DNA of 61,854 nt from an uncultured virus (IMG/VR IMGVR_UViG_2576861459_000003) (IMGVR_UViG_2576861459_000003:62001-123854), one strand, 5' to 3'. Positions 25,244 to 36,458 are shown, counted from the first letter of the stretch. Numbers and translations: made by a program. The notes: generated by a model not told the origin, from the letters alone.

Positions 25244-26173
25244 ATGCCTAGAAAAGCCAAAGAAAAGGAAAAATTGATCTGTGCTGCTTGTCAGAAAGAA
25301 AAGGACAAAGAGTCAGGGTTCTATAATTCACGAAGCAGTCTGTATGAGAAGACTGGAAAAGTCCCTATTTGCAAGACTTGCTTGAAGAAAAACATTGATT
25401 ACAACAATATTGAGTCAATATATACAGTCTTACAACAGATCGATGTTAAATTTGATCCTTTGTATTGGGAACAAGCTGAAAAGAGAAAAACAGATACATT
25501 TAGCGCTTATATGACAATGGCTAATTCATTGAAGCAATTTAACGGTACTGGTTACAAAGACAGTATATTTACAAAAGAAGATAAAACAAATGTAACAGCT
25601 AATGAAGAAGAGAGCCAAACGTCTCAAGACATTGACTCAGACTACCTAGAGAAACTTAAAGAGAAATACGGATATGGCTATCCCGATGACGACTACCTCC
25701 TCTTCGAAAAGAAATTCCTTCAACTAAAACCCTCTTTTCAGTTACTCACCACAATGCACGAAGAGTGCTTACGAGAATACTGCGTAAATAAGGTATATGA
25801 GACCCTTGCTAAAGCAAAAGGAGATTTTAAACAAGCTAAAGACTGGGCTGCAATGGCAAAAGATACAGCTGAAGCAGGTAAATTAAAACCTTCTCAAATG
25901 AGTAAAGCTGATTTATCGCAAGGTTTGGATGGATTTGGACAACTGGCGAGAATGGTTGAAGAGAAAGTTGACATTATCCCTATTCTACCCAAGTTTGTCT
26001 CTCAACCGAAAGATAAGCCAGATGTAGTATTATGGTGTTATTTAAATTATGTGCGGGACTTAAAAGGTCTTCCACCTGCTGATTATAAAGATATCTACAA
26101 CTTCTATGAAGAGCGCAGAGCAGATTATGAGAAACAAGAATTAGATAATGATCCTTCTATGCGGGAGTTATAA
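25244..26173 (+). CDS. yonG: YonG-like protein, probable terminase small subunit (Zn finger)
   Basis: CAAC...CKTC; directly upstream of the large terminase. Confidence 0.7.
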   Translation: MPRKAKEKEKLICAACQKEKDKESGFYNSRSSLYEKTGKVPICKTCLKKNIDYNNIESIYTVLQQIDVKFDPLYWEQAEKRKTDTFSAYMTMANSLKQFNGTGYKDSIFTKEDKTNVTANEEESQTSQDIDSDYLEKLKEKYGYGYPDDDYLLFEKKFLQLKPSFQLLTTMHEECLREYCVNKVYETLAKAKGDFKQAKDWAAMAKDTAEAGKLKPSQMSKADLSQGLDGFGQLARMVEEKVDIIPILPKFVSQPKDKPDVVLWCYLNYVRDLKGLPPADYKDIYNFYEERRADYEKQELDNDPSMREL

Positions 26174-26175
26174 AT

Positions 26176-27951
26176 ATGGCTTCGAGAAAGAACTTCCAAA
26201 GAGATAATTTTAAATACACCAAACAAAGTTCAAGATTGGACAGTGACCCTGAGTTTAACTCCCCTGTTCAAGCAAATCAAAATAAGGTTGATACTTTTGA
26301 GCGAAATTTAGAAAAATGGATTGAATTTGTTCAATGGGCAAGATGGTTTCCTGATTTATGGTACGACTTGATTAAGCCAGAAAAAGGCGGTATGAGACTA
26401 GATTTAGATCAAAGGGTTTTCCTAAGATGTATGAGTCGTTTTGTAAGTACATATGGAGTTTTCCCTCGTGGATTTGGGAAAACCATGCTTGAGTTAATGT
26501 CAATTTACCATACTGCTATTTGGTTTCCTGATATCACGATAGCCATGTCAGCACAAACAAGAGAAAATGCTGCTTCAATTAGTGAAGAGAAACACAATGA
26601 AATTATGAAGTGGTTTCCTTTAATGAAAAATGAATTAGCTGGTAAACCTTCTTTTACTAAAGACTCGGTCGAAGTAAAGTTCTCTTCCGGAGGAGTTTAT
26701 TCTGTATTAGCAAACGCACAGTCTACAAAAGGACAACGGAGAAGAAGACTTAACGTTGAAGAATCAGCTCTTTTAAATAACGAGCTTTTTAAAGACGTAC
26801 TTGAACCAGTCGTAAACGTGCCCAGAAGAACAATCGGCAAGCTTGCTACAGTAAACCCTTTTGAATTGAACGGGATGATTAATTACCTAACAACGTCAGG
26901 CTATCGAGGATCAGATGAATTTAACAGGATTCTAAATATGCTTGATGAAATGGCTGAATTAAAAGGAAAAATTGTTCTAGGAGCAAGCTGGGAATTACCT
27001 TGTCACTTTGGTAGAGGTGAAACACGGACTCAGATACTTGCAAAGAAAAATGATCCTACAACCTCATCAACTGCTTTCGCAATGAACTATGAGTCTAAAT
27101 GGGTTGGAGCGAGTGATGGCGCACTTATCAACATTAGCAAGTTGATTAAAGCAAGGACAATTACAAACCCAGAACTGGCTTGTCCTAGAGATAAGAATAA
27201 GAATTTCTTATTAAATGAATATGTTATCGGGGTCGATGTTGCCCGCTCAAGTGAGAAGTCAAACAACAAAACAGCTATCATTGTTCTCAAGATTATTCGC
27301 AACTCCAATAATGCAATTAGGCAAGTCCACGTTGTAAATATAATCGAACCACCAAACGGACTAAATTTTAAAGAACAATCAATCATGGTTAAAAGGGTTT
27401 TCAAAAATTATGGAGGTAATGAAGATCTATCTATATCAAGAGTTAGAGCTGTGATTGTAGACGGAAACGGAGTCGGAAGTGGACTGGTGGATAGACTTCT
27501 AGAAGATGTTACAGATCCAGAAACGAATGAAGAATTAGGATGCTGGGCAACAATCAATACTGATCAAAAACCAGATGTTCCAAACTCCCCTGCTATTGTT
27601 TATAACCTCAAATCTCAAGGGATTAACGACAAGATTATTACCACTTTCTTAGATTATGTTGAATCTGGAAAGTTGAAATTATTGAGACCATATGAAGAAA
27701 TAAAAAGCAAAAAAGTTATTAGTGACGATATAATGGTTGAGGCCACATGTATACAAACACAATTATTAATTGATGAAGTAGCCAACTTAAGGTTAAAGAA
27801 AACACAGAACTCAATTAGCGTCGAGCAAGTAGTTAAACGTATTGATAAAGATAGGTACAGTGCATTGAGTTATGCTCTTTACTACATAGCTTTGTTTTTA
27901 GAAAAGGAAGAATCCGATGATGAGTATTCATTTGGATTCTTTTTTAATTAG
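26176..27951 (+). CDS. yonF: Terminase large subunit
   Basis: PRGFGKT Walker A, NVEE Walker B, GVDVA nuclease motif, KDRYSA. Confidence 0.9.
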   Translation: MASRKNFQRDNFKYTKQSSRLDSDPEFNSPVQANQNKVDTFERNLEKWIEFVQWARWFPDLWYDLIKPEKGGMRLDLDQRVFLRCMSRFVSTYGVFPRGFGKTMLELMSIYHTAIWFPDITIAMSAQTRENAASISEEKHNEIMKWFPLMKNELAGKPSFTKDSVEVKFSSGGVYSVLANAQSTKGQRRRRLNVEESALLNNELFKDVLEPVVNVPRRTIGKLATVNPFELNGMINYLTTSGYRGSDEFNRILNMLDEMAELKGKIVLGASWELPCHFGRGETRTQILAKKNDPTTSSTAFAMNYESKWVGASDGALINISKLIKARTITNPELACPRDKNKNFLLNEYVIGVDVARSSEKSNNKTAIIVLKIIRNSNNAIRQVHVVNIIEPPNGLNFKEQSIMVKRVFKNYGGNEDLSISRVRAVIVDGNGVGSGLVDRLLEDVTDPETNEELGCWATINTDQKPDVPNSPAIVYNLKSQGINDKIITTFLDYVESGKLKLLRPYEEIKSKKVISDDIMVEATCIQTQLLIDEVANLRLKKTQNSISVEQVVKRIDKDRYSALSYALYYIALFLEKEESDDEYSFGFFFN

Positions 27952-27969
27952 AAATTGAGGAGGTGAATA

Positions 27970-29511
27970 ATGACTACACCTGAACCACAGTCATCATATG
28001 AGTTTAATACAAATTTAGCACCGCTTGATTCATTGTTTTTCAATGATTTATTTAACGGCATTTCTTACGACAAAGTTAAATCATGGCTCAAAGACCACAA
28101 CGTCTATAATAAACAGATCAGAGATGCCTCTAAACTACTTTATAACGCAAATGGTGTGTATAGAAACGTTATTGACTACATGGTAGCGCTCCCTACTTTA
28201 GACAGAGTTATTTTGGGATCAAGTAAAGTAGCTGATTTCAAATTGAACAAACAAAAGTTCAATCTGGCTTTAAGGAAAATCAGCGACAAAAGTGTTGTCA
28301 GGGATGCATTAGGAAAACTCAGCAAATATGGCACTGGTTTTTATTATTTTGATTCTGTAGTGAATGATTCCTTCCCTACTACTCTAAGTGACAACGAGAT
28401 CGGATCAATAACTGAATCAAATGCTATTGACGACTTTAACTGTTCTGTCCTCCCCCTTCCCCTCGATTATTGCAAAATTATCGGCAGGAAAAATTCCTCT
28501 TATCAATTAGCTTTTGATGTCTCCTATTTTGACAAGTTCACAAGTAACGGAAGATCATTAAAGCTTAGACGTTGGCCAGAAGAAATCAGACAAGGTTATA
28601 GGGCTTATAAGAAAGATCAAAATCGAAAATGGCTAGTTCTTGATAACAATAAGACCATTGCTGTTAAAGGAAGCAGCGACATTGAAGATCAATGGGGACG
28701 CCCAATCGGTTTATCTGCATTTATTGATATGGTTTATGATGAATACTTTGTTGACACTAAACGAAACATTTTAGATGAACTCAACAGCACTTTAATTTAT
28801 CAGACATTCCCTGAAGGTGATCAAAAAGGCAAATCAGCTTTATCTCAAAAGCAACAGGAACAGCAGCATGAGAATATAAAAAAAGCATTAGTCGCTAAAG
28901 GAAGCGTTAAAGGTGTTAAGTTCTTCTCTTTGGCTTCGGGAACAAAATTAGACAAGTTGGAAACTAATGTAGATTTCTTGAAGGTTAAAGGTGAAGACGA
29001 GCTCATTAAACGAATCACTACAAATTTAGGATTTGCAGGATCTGCTCTCAATGGTCAAGACGGTAACTACTCTTCTCAACAAACCAATATCGAGATGGTT
29101 TCTTCCCAAATATTCTCCTGGTTAGAACAAATTCAAAGTGAGTTTAACAAGGTGATAAACGCCAATATCATCAAAGATCCTCGCTCTTATATTGAGGTTT
29201 ACTACCTCCCTCTTACCCACGTTAACAGGAAAGAAAAAGTCCAAAACATGAAAGACCTTTATACAAGTGGTCGAGGAAGCCTTATTGCTTGGATAGCCGC
29301 TACTGGATGGAATCCTGATGCTTACTTATCCCTAATGGAATATGAAAAAGACGAAGGTTTTGATGAAAAATTCCCTGTTCATGCGACCTCTTTCACAATG
29401 AGTAAGAATAACGATAAGTCAGCCGGCGCACCTGAGATCGATGATCCGAAAAATGAAAACACGATTAAATCGAAGACAAATAACAGTAACGGAACGCCTT
29501 CTGGCTCTTGA
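27970..29511 (+). CDS. yonE: Portal protein
   Basis: 513 aa after the terminase; WGRP motif; synteny. Confidence 0.8.
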   Translation: MTTPEPQSSYEFNTNLAPLDSLFFNDLFNGISYDKVKSWLKDHNVYNKQIRDASKLLYNANGVYRNVIDYMVALPTLDRVILGSSKVADFKLNKQKFNLALRKISDKSVVRDALGKLSKYGTGFYYFDSVVNDSFPTTLSDNEIGSITESNAIDDFNCSVLPLPLDYCKIIGRKNSSYQLAFDVSYFDKFTSNGRSLKLRRWPEEIRQGYRAYKKDQNRKWLVLDNNKTIAVKGSSDIEDQWGRPIGLSAFIDMVYDEYFVDTKRNILDELNSTLIYQTFPEGDQKGKSALSQKQQEQQHENIKKALVAKGSVKGVKFFSLASGTKLDKLETNVDFLKVKGEDELIKRITTNLGFAGSALNGQDGNYSSQQTNIEMVSSQIFSWLEQIQSEFNKVINANIIKDPRSYIEVYYLPLTHVNRKEKVQNMKDLYTSGRGSLIAWIAATGWNPDAYLSLMEYEKDEGFDEKFPVHATSFTMSKNNDKSAGAPEIDDPKNENTIKSKTNNSNGTPSGS

Positions 29512-29528
29512 GAGGAGGTGATAAGTAT

Positions 29529-30683
29529 TTGAAAAGCACGATTTTAGAAATTAACAATCAGAAGAAAACCAGTGGTCAGACATACATCAAGTGGGTCGTT
29601 CTTGAAATTCATGAAAACAATACTCAATTTAACAAGAATGGCATTACCTGGCTGGAGAAATACATAAACGCTAACCTTGAATCAATCAAGTTAATGCCAA
29701 TTTGCGCAGAGTTCTTGGATGATGAAAACAGTGAGCCATTCGGACACGGGTTAACAGAAGTCAAGGACGGTACCCCGCTCTTTGAAAACAGCGCTGTGGT
29801 TGGTACAACCACCAATGCTTACATTGATACTATAGATGTTAATGGTGAGCCAAAAAGAGTGTTAATAGCTGAAGGCTTCCTGTACAACCAGCGCTACCCT
29901 AAATTTGTTCAATGGTTAAAATCAAAAATGTTTGATGGTGATTTCCCTGAAACCTCGGTTGAGATAGCAGCTGTGGAAGGTTCAGATGCAATTGAATATG
30001 AAGGTGGATGGAAAGAGCAAGGACGTATACCTATGAAATTTGACTTTACAGGTGATGCAATTTTAGGTATTGACCCTGCAGATGACGCTGCCATTTTACT
30101 TGAATTAAACAGTAACAAAAAGGAGGATAATTTAATGTCAAAATCTCAAGAAGAAGTAGTCCTTGAGTTAAACAACAAACTTGATAATAAGAATAAAGAA
30201 ATTGGAGAGTTAAATCAAAAAGTTGAGAAACTTACTGAGGACTTAAAGCAAAAAACTGAAGAACTGAATGCTGCTGTTAAAGCTGCAAAGGATGAAAAAG
30301 CTAAGGCTGAAGCAAAAGAAAAAGAAGCGCAAAAAGCCAAGGATGAAAAAGCCAAGGCAGATGAAGAGCTTAATTCCCTAAAGGAATTCAAAAACAAGGC
30401 GGTAGCCGAAAAGATGCAAGGAGAGCTTAACCAAGCTTTAAAGGAATATTCTCCTGAAGAAAAGGATGTCGCAAAAGAGAAAATTGAAATGTTCTCTAAG
30501 TCCCCTTCTATCGAGCTTAAAAACGAAATTATTTCTGAAATCAACTCAGCAATCGCTCGATCCTTCATCGCTGAACGCTCAAAGAAACAAGCCTCTGAGA
30601 CTAATAGCAAAAATTTCGATATTTATTCAGACGTTCGTGATTCTGGGCAACAAGGTTCAGTGACAATTGATGATCTTTATTAA
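29529..30683 (+). CDS. yonD: Prohead protease/scaffold (YonD-like)
   Basis: TTG start after GAGGAGGTG; N-terminal protease-like region (ETSVEI), C-terminal coiled coil. Confidence 0.7.
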   Translation: MKSTILEINNQKKTSGQTYIKWVVLEIHENNTQFNKNGITWLEKYINANLESIKLMPICAEFLDDENSEPFGHGLTEVKDGTPLFENSAVVGTTTNAYIDTIDVNGEPKRVLIAEGFLYNQRYPKFVQWLKSKMFDGDFPETSVEIAAVEGSDAIEYEGGWKEQGRIPMKFDFTGDAILGIDPADDAAILLELNSNKKEDNLMSKSQEEVVLELNNKLDNKNKEIGELNQKVEKLTEDLKQKTEELNAAVKAAKDEKAKAEAKEKEAQKAKDEKAKADEELNSLKEFKNKAVAEKMQGELNQALKEYSPEEKDVAKEKIEMFSKSPSIELKNEIISEINSAIARSFIAERSKKQASETNSKNFDIYSDVRDSGQQGSVTIDDLY

Positions 30684-30723
30684 GATAAAATAACACTTTT
30701 ATAAAATTTAGGAGGAATACTCA

Positions 30724-31188
30724 ATGTTCAAATTCGGAACAATTGGTGCTTATAAACAAGTACGAAATAATCCACGTTGCAAGGCTAGTGTCGATTTAGT
30801 CCCTGGTCTAGTCGTAATTCCTAACGATTCATCTGGTAATGCATTCCCTCCAGGCGCATCTTCAACTGCAAAAGGTGATGTGTATGTGGTTGGAAACATT
30901 ATTGATAAACCTGAAATCCGTGATAAAGCCGACTTCAAAGTTTTAAAAGGTGAATATGTCCTTGCTTTTAATTTAGCAGACTTAAAAGGACTGCCCATTG
31001 AACTCAGCTCAGACGTGGTAGTTGATTATGATGCGCTTGTTAAAGATGACGTATTGGTTCCTGCTGCGGACAAAACAGGTAAATGGGTTAAAGCTGGAGA
31101 TGACGTTGCAGAGTTTAAAGTATCTCTAAAAGTCTTAGAGAAAAATACATTTGGCGGAAAAGGTTTGTACCTAACAGTACAGGCTTAA
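30724..31188 (+). CDS. Head decoration/cement protein (YonC position)
   Basis: Beta-rich 154 aa protein between scaffold and capsid. Confidence 0.6.
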   Translation: MFKFGTIGAYKQVRNNPRCKASVDLVPGLVVIPNDSSGNAFPPGASSTAKGDVYVVGNIIDKPEIRDKADFKVLKGEYVLAFNLADLKGLPIELSSDVVVDYDALVKDDVLVPAADKTGKWVKAGDDVAEFKVSLKVLEKNTFGGKGLYLTVQA

Positions 31189-31212
31189 TTAATATTCTGG
31201 AGGTAATTATTA

Positions 31213-32319
31213 ATGTTTACAGTTGAATTAAACAATGTTCAAAAAGACTCAAACCATTATGCAAATGCTAAATTGAATGCTAAATCCCCTCTTGTGGAAA
31301 TCTTTTCTGCAGCTGCAACGGGTCAAGATCTTTCCAAATTTGGTGCAAAAGCCGATGCCGCTATGACCCATGTGAAGGAACTAGCCTCCAAAGCTCTAAT
31401 GGGCAACCCTGTAGCTAAAGCTGAGATCAACACAATTGTGCGTTATGCTATTGAGCCTAAACTTATTTCAGCAATTAAGCTATTTGATTTTATGGGCACG
31501 TTTAGAAATATTGGCTATGATCAGCAACCAATGATGACAACATACGCACATGAATCCATCCGAAGCCAATTCCAAGCATCCCGTGGTGACGTACCATTTG
31601 CTACTACAACTTGGAGCGAATACCCAATTGGAACACAAACCATTTCTTCTGGTTATGCTGTTAACTATCGGGAGATTCAAAGTGGAAACCTCGATAAAGT
31701 AGCTGAAGGCATGGAGCAAGTTCAAACAGATATGATGAACAAAGCAATGTACTATGTAGTAAATGAAATGTTCAATGCAATTAAAAATGCAACAGGCGTT
31801 AAATACTTTGCTGAAACTGAAAACATCACCAAATCATCTGTAGACGATATAATCACAAAGATTCGCCGATTTGGACAACCTTCTATTGTTGGTGACTTTT
31901 CTGTTGTTTCTCAGTTAAATGACTTTGCAGGATTCCAGGCTGTAGCCGGAGATGCTTCAAGCACTAAGCTCCCTCAATCTGTAATGGATGAAATCCGAAG
32001 AACCGGATTGCTTAACACTTATAAAGGTTCTTCTGTTGTAGAATTGCCTAACTCTTATAATCTTACTGAATTAAACAAAGCCGGCGATAACTTCAAAACA
32101 TATCTTCCTGAAGGTCTTCTCTTCTTCATTCCTCAAGGCAAAAAGTCTCCTCTTCAAGTATTCCAAAAAGGCGGACTTACTTCAATGAATGGTAACGACA
32201 TCATCACTGGAACTGAGATCACTCGTTTTGATATGGAAATTGGAGCTGGTGTAGCCAAAGGACAAGAGCATCAAATTGGTCTCATCAGAGACACCAAATA
32301 TGAATTGCCACAAATTTAA
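31213..32319 (+). CDS. yonB: Major capsid protein (YonB position)
   Basis: 368 aa, strong RBS, terminator-like hairpin after it, synteny. Confidence 0.75.
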   Translation: MFTVELNNVQKDSNHYANAKLNAKSPLVEIFSAAATGQDLSKFGAKADAAMTHVKELASKALMGNPVAKAEINTIVRYAIEPKLISAIKLFDFMGTFRNIGYDQQPMMTTYAHESIRSQFQASRGDVPFATTTWSEYPIGTQTISSGYAVNYREIQSGNLDKVAEGMEQVQTDMMNKAMYYVVNEMFNAIKNATGVKYFAETENITKSSVDDIITKIRRFGQPSIVGDFSVVSQLNDFAGFQAVAGDASSTKLPQSVMDEIRRTGLLNTYKGSSVVELPNSYNLTELNKAGDNFKTYLPEGLLFFIPQGKKSPLQVFQKGGLTSMNGNDIITGTEITRFDMEIGAGVAKGQEHQIGLIRDTKYELPQI

Positions 32320-32334
32320 ACAATTTAAAATCTA

Positions 32335-32356
32335 GGAGGGCTGTGTCCCTCCTTTT
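32335..32356 (+). terminator. Terminator after the capsid gene
   Basis: GGAGGG-CTGTGT-CCCTCC-TTTT. Confidence 0.7.
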
Positions 32357-32373
32357 ATTTTTGGAGGGATTAC

Positions 32374-32847
32374 ATGTCTTTTAATTTAGATAAAAAGATC
32401 ACAATTAAAAATTTATGTCCATGGGATTTATATTTCCGAAAGATTGACACTCACGGTGACTTCAGATTGCCGGCCAATGGGATTAGACAGATTACAGCTG
32501 GAGAAGTGCAATCCCAAGTTTATGACAGTACCTCACTGTTCACCGGAACTGACGGTCAAGGCACACATGCCAAAATCTATATCGATGACAAAGAAACCCG
32601 TGTACACTTAGGTTTCGAGACCGAAGATAAAGACGACAAGCAAGAAATTGTTACTGTAGAACGGATTAAACAAATCTTGGGGTATAAAACACAAAAAGCT
32701 TTCGAAGAAAATGTTCAAAAGGAAATCTTACTTGAGTCTGAGAAAGCTCAGCTGTTTGAGGTAGCTAAAAAAGAAAAGATTAATGATTACGCCAAGATTA
32801 AGTTCATTGAAGAGTACACTGGATTTAAATTTGATACTCAATCATAA
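32374..32847 (+). CDS. yonA: YonA-like virion assembly protein
   Basis: 157 aa, synteny. Confidence 0.65.
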   Translation: MSFNLDKKITIKNLCPWDLYFRKIDTHGDFRLPANGIRQITAGEVQSQVYDSTSLFTGTDGQGTHAKIYIDDKETRVHLGFETEDKDDKQEIVTVERIKQILGYKTQKAFEENVQKEILLESEKAQLFEVAKKEKINDYAKIKFIEEYTGFKFDTQS

Positions 32848-32859
32848 GGGGGTTAAATC

Positions 32860-33246
32860 TTGACTCCTTATGAGAAAGTAATTAACGTTTTCCACTCAAT
32901 GTTTCAATCAAATGAAGTTCTCCCCGATGGACTTGAGCAGCAATTTTTCACTAACGCCGTGGGTGAATATGAAACTGAACTAACGGAACTTGGCTTTGAT
33001 GAAGAGTCCAATACATTTAAAGATCCCCTCACATCTCCTCAAATTCAGATTTTAGGAATGCTCATGTATAAAGGTTATCTTGGAAGATACCGGGACAGAG
33101 CCCTAAAATTAAATAATGTTGTGGGGCGAGATATTCAATTGACGGGGTTAGCAAATACAAAAGCTCAAGTTAACAGGGCGTACGAAGACCTAATCGATGA
33201 TATCGAAAAAAAATTGAGCAAATTAAAAATGAATAACTTTGATTGA
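32860..33246 (+). CDS. yomZ: Head-tail adaptor (YomZ-like)
   Basis: 128 aa helical protein, synteny. Confidence 0.6.
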   Translation: MTPYEKVINVFHSMFQSNEVLPDGLEQQFFTNAVGEYETELTELGFDEESNTFKDPLTSPQIQILGMLMYKGYLGRYRDRALKLNNVVGRDIQLTGLANTKAQVNRAYEDLIDDIEKKLSKLKMNNFD

Positions 33247-33255
33247 GGTGATTAG

Positions 33256-33921
33256 ATGTCTATAGATTGGTATCTAACCTCTTCTTCAAATTATTTGAGT
33301 GGCTGGGAAAACGAAGAGTTTAATTCAAACAAGTATGAAGTTTTCAAAGAAATCTTAGCAAATTCACCTGAAACTTACAACATTGAATTGAATGGTAAGC
33401 CTGAACAGGTGATAATTCAAACCACTCAGGACAGCGAAACAAAAAAAGTCCTTACAGTTTTAGGCTTATTAAATCGTGGAGATTTGATTTTGTATGACGG
33501 TAGTTACTGGCTAGTTAATTCACGTCCTACCGATAACAAAATGAATGACAGTGCTATTATGCGGCTTTGTAATTCATCAATTAGTCTAACATCTTCTGAT
33601 GAACTAATTGATTCTGGGAAGATTGATGAAGTTACAGGGAGACCGATAAAGATTAAAGTACCTGGTGAGAAGGTTGACATCCCGTGTGTTTTAGAACGAA
33701 CAACCTCAACAATTGGATCAGAATTGGCCATAAATATTCCTGAGGGACAGGCACACGTTACCATCCCCTTTTTAAAACATGAAAAATTAAAGAAGGGTCT
33801 TTTTCTTTCTTTTTATGGTGAGGAATTCCGTGTTGATGATATAGACTATTCCAAGGTCTATGGAGACACCGGAACAATTAGACTTATAGCCAAAAAGAAA
33901 GTTGGAGGTGATAGTGAATGA
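33256..33921 (+). CDS. yomX: Head closure/neck protein (YomX-like)
   Basis: 221 aa beta-rich protein, synteny. Confidence 0.6.
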   Translation: MSIDWYLTSSSNYLSGWENEEFNSNKYEVFKEILANSPETYNIELNGKPEQVIIQTTQDSETKKVLTVLGLLNRGDLILYDGSYWLVNSRPTDNKMNDSAIMRLCNSSISLTSSDELIDSGKIDEVTGRPIKIKVPGEKVDIPCVLERTTSTIGSELAINIPEGQAHVTIPFLKHEKLKKGLFLSFYGEEFRVDDIDYSKVYGDTGTIRLIAKKKVGGDSE

Positions 33922-34424
33922 GTATGATGGTCGAACATATGACAACTGTATTCAGAACCATTATGAATGATACAGAATTGAATCGTCTTTTATATTATAA
34001 AGATGACCCTCTCTCCTCTTCTCTCCCTGACGTTCAGACATTGGAAAATTATTATGATCCAGTTGATAATTCCCCATCGATATTAAGCTCCATAATCAAA
34101 CGTGCTCCCAAAACTGATGATTTAACCGATCAACCAATTTGCAGGCTTTGTGTCTATCTTGGTAATGGAATCCCTAAACCCTCAACCCAAAGTGTGATGC
34201 TGCTAGATCAAGACTTGATGATTGATGTTTATACACACATTAACACTTATGAAGAGACTGAATTTAGGAACCTGAAAATTACTGATCGTATTTGTGACAT
34301 GCTCTTCAATCAAAATTTTGCTGGCATCGGTAAAAATGTTAAATACACAAGGTTGCTCATATCAAATGCGCCTGAAGGGTACTTGGGATACAAATTGATA
34401 TTCACTTTCGGAGCAAGTAAATGA
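33918..34424 (+). CDS. yomW: Tail terminator-like protein (YomW-like)
   Basis: 168 aa, synteny. Confidence 0.6.
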   Translation: MSMMVEHMTTVFRTIMNDTELNRLLYYKDDPLSSSLPDVQTLENYYDPVDNSPSILSSIIKRAPKTDDLTDQPICRLCVYLGNGIPKPSTQSVMLLDQDLMIDVYTHINTYEETEFRNLKITDRICDMLFNQNFAGIGKNVKYTRLLISNAPEGYLGYKLIFTFGASK

Positions 34425-35131
34425 ATGTGTTAAAGGATTTTTTCTTTTTAGGAAGGCCTATTAATACTGAAGTCGGTGCAATAAGCTTTATCCACTTAAG
34501 AGATTACCCAGAGTACATAAGCGAGCTAAATATGATGAAAATGAGCAAGAAGGAAATCATCAGAAACTTTTCAAAAATCAACAATGACGGTTCATTAAAT
34601 GATTTAATTATCGAATTGAAGAAGAACAGCCTCTTCAAAATTGTTCATGATTACCTACCTGAATTTAACCAGGCTTATTTTAAAGTGTTTAGCAAAGTAT
34701 TTGTGGACAAAGAATCACTACATCTTATTGATCAGAAAGCATTTAATAATGTTAGAAAATTGATATTAGAGATGCATTGCTTGACTGAAGAGAAAATTGT
34801 TGAGAATGATGAATTGCAGGAGTTTCATGATTTAAATAATCAATTAAAACTCCAAAATTCTCAAAATGATTTAAAGGACATCGCCAGCTGTGTGGCTGCA
34901 TTTAATGGATACACATATCAAGAGGTAGCCGATATGACTATTTATCAATTGTACCTGTCATATTACAGAATGGGTGAAATAATCAATTATAACACTTCTG
35001 CGTTATTTGCCACTGTATCAACTGATGTGAAAATCGGTGACTGGAATAGTCATGTTGATATGTATAGAGAAGAAAACCACCACCTCAGTACAGCAGATGC
35101 TAAAAACTTAGAGCAATTATTCGGAGACTGA
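34421..35131 (+). CDS. yomV: YomV-like tail-associated protein
   Basis: 236 aa, synteny. Confidence 0.6.
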   Translation: MNVLKDFFFLGRPINTEVGAISFIHLRDYPEYISELNMMKMSKKEIIRNFSKINNDGSLNDLIIELKKNSLFKIVHDYLPEFNQAYFKVFSKVFVDKESLHLIDQKAFNNVRKLILEMHCLTEEKIVENDELQEFHDLNNQLKLQNSQNDLKDIASCVAAFNGYTYQEVADMTIYQLYLSYYRMGEIINYNTSALFATVSTDVKIGDWNSHVDMYREENHHLSTADAKNLEQLFGD

Positions 35132-35171
35132 TTTTCAGTCTCTTTTTCATTTTAAATTAGGAGGAAAACAC

Positions 35172-35975
35172 TTGGCAAAACAAACAGTTATCCATGAAGT
35201 TGGTAAGGTGCTAACCAAAAGGCTTAGTGACCATAAAGTCGTTGCATCTTCTGTAACGCAAATGACTCAGTTCTCGCAACAAGTCCAACAAGACTTTTTA
35301 AAAGGTGGATGGGGAAATAGAGACCTTTATGCCATCAACTCAAGCAAAGAAGTTTCAGGTAATGTAAAAAATGCTTTCTTTGATCTTGATTTTATGGCAA
35401 TGCAACAAGGTGTAAAAATTGAAAACGAGACGATTTCTGTATGGGAAGATGAAAGTCTTACTGTAGATGATTCTGGCACGGTCAAAATCGCGTATACTCC
35501 TTTATCCAGAGTCTCACTTACAAATGAAGACGGAGATCAACAAGAATTTAGTGTTTCAGACAAAACAATTACTGTTCCTGAAACGTTTGCTACTAAAGGG
35601 AACGCTGTAACAGCTCATTATCAAATTGAAGTTGATGCAGAAACAGTTGAAATTAGTGGTGAAAAATTCTCTGAGAACTATTACTTCGAAATTCACACAC
35701 TTGAGTACGATCCAAAGACATCAAAAATTTACAGTGACCTATATATCCAGTTGCCTAAAGTTAATTTCTCTGGTGAAGCAGACATGTCTTTGGAAGCAGG
35801 ACAAGCCTACACACCTGAAATTGGATACAGAGCATTAGCTGATGACAATGGCAAGATCGGTTCTTTTGCACGTGTTAAGCGTAACCCTGATGGGACAAAA
35901 GGAGTTAAAACGGAACAAGAAGATGCGACATCGAAAAGCAGTGTAGACATTGGAACAACGCAAGAAACAAAATAA
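35172..35975 (+). CDS. yomU: Major tail tube protein (YomU-like)
   Basis: 267 aa beta-rich protein, strong RBS AGGAGG, synteny. Confidence 0.7.
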   Translation: MAKQTVIHEVGKVLTKRLSDHKVVASSVTQMTQFSQQVQQDFLKGGWGNRDLYAINSSKEVSGNVKNAFFDLDFMAMQQGVKIENETISVWEDESLTVDDSGTVKIAYTPLSRVSLTNEDGDQQEFSVSDKTITVPETFATKGNAVTAHYQIEVDAETVEISGEKFSENYYFEIHTLEYDPKTSKIYSDLYIQLPKVNFSGEADMSLEAGQAYTPEIGYRALADDNGKIGSFARVKRNPDGTKGVKTEQEDATSKSSVDIGTTQETK

Positions 35976-35993
35976 CGTTAGGAGCTTGATATC

Positions 35994-36458
35994 TTGGCAC
36001 TTTTAAACAAAGACGGAGACATTTACACTTCAGCTAGAGACGATGGAAATGGTAAACCGATCACTGACATTCACCTAAAATCACAAGAAAAACCCCTACA
36101 AGTTGACTTCCCTCAAGCCGGTTTGGATGCTATCAAAGGTATCCAAGTACAATCACCTTCCGTGACCTTGAATGAAAGAGATCCCGGTTTCTCCTCTTTT
36201 AAAACGGATAAATTCACTGTTACTTCAACAGCTCAAAAAGTTACCGCCGGTATCACTGACAGAACAGCACTTACTATTTGCCCTCCTGCAGAAGGCACGA
36301 TTTACATTGGAAACTCTACTGTGACTGCTGATACAGGTATCCCATTGACAGCTGGTGACAAACCTTTTTCAGTTCCTGTCGCTGCTGGTAAAACACTTTA
36401 TGTCTATGTGATTAATGACGGTACTGACAGAGATGTAAGAGTATTTGAAGCTAAATAA
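35994..36458 (+). CDS. Tail-associated beta-rich structural protein
   Basis: 154 aa ORF in the tail module followed by a terminator hairpin (~36462-36487). Confidence 0.6.
   Translation: MALLNKDGDIYTSARDDGNGKPITDIHLKSQEKPLQVDFPQAGLDAIKGIQVQSPSVTLNERDPGFSSFKTDKFTVTSTAQKVTAGITDRTALTICPPAEGTIYIGNSTVTADTGIPLTAGDKPFSVPVAAGKTLYVYVINDGTDRDVRVFEAK

Noticed and set aside
30280..30370. AKDEKAKA duplication in the scaffold
   Set aside because: Ordinary low-complexity coiled-coil repeat
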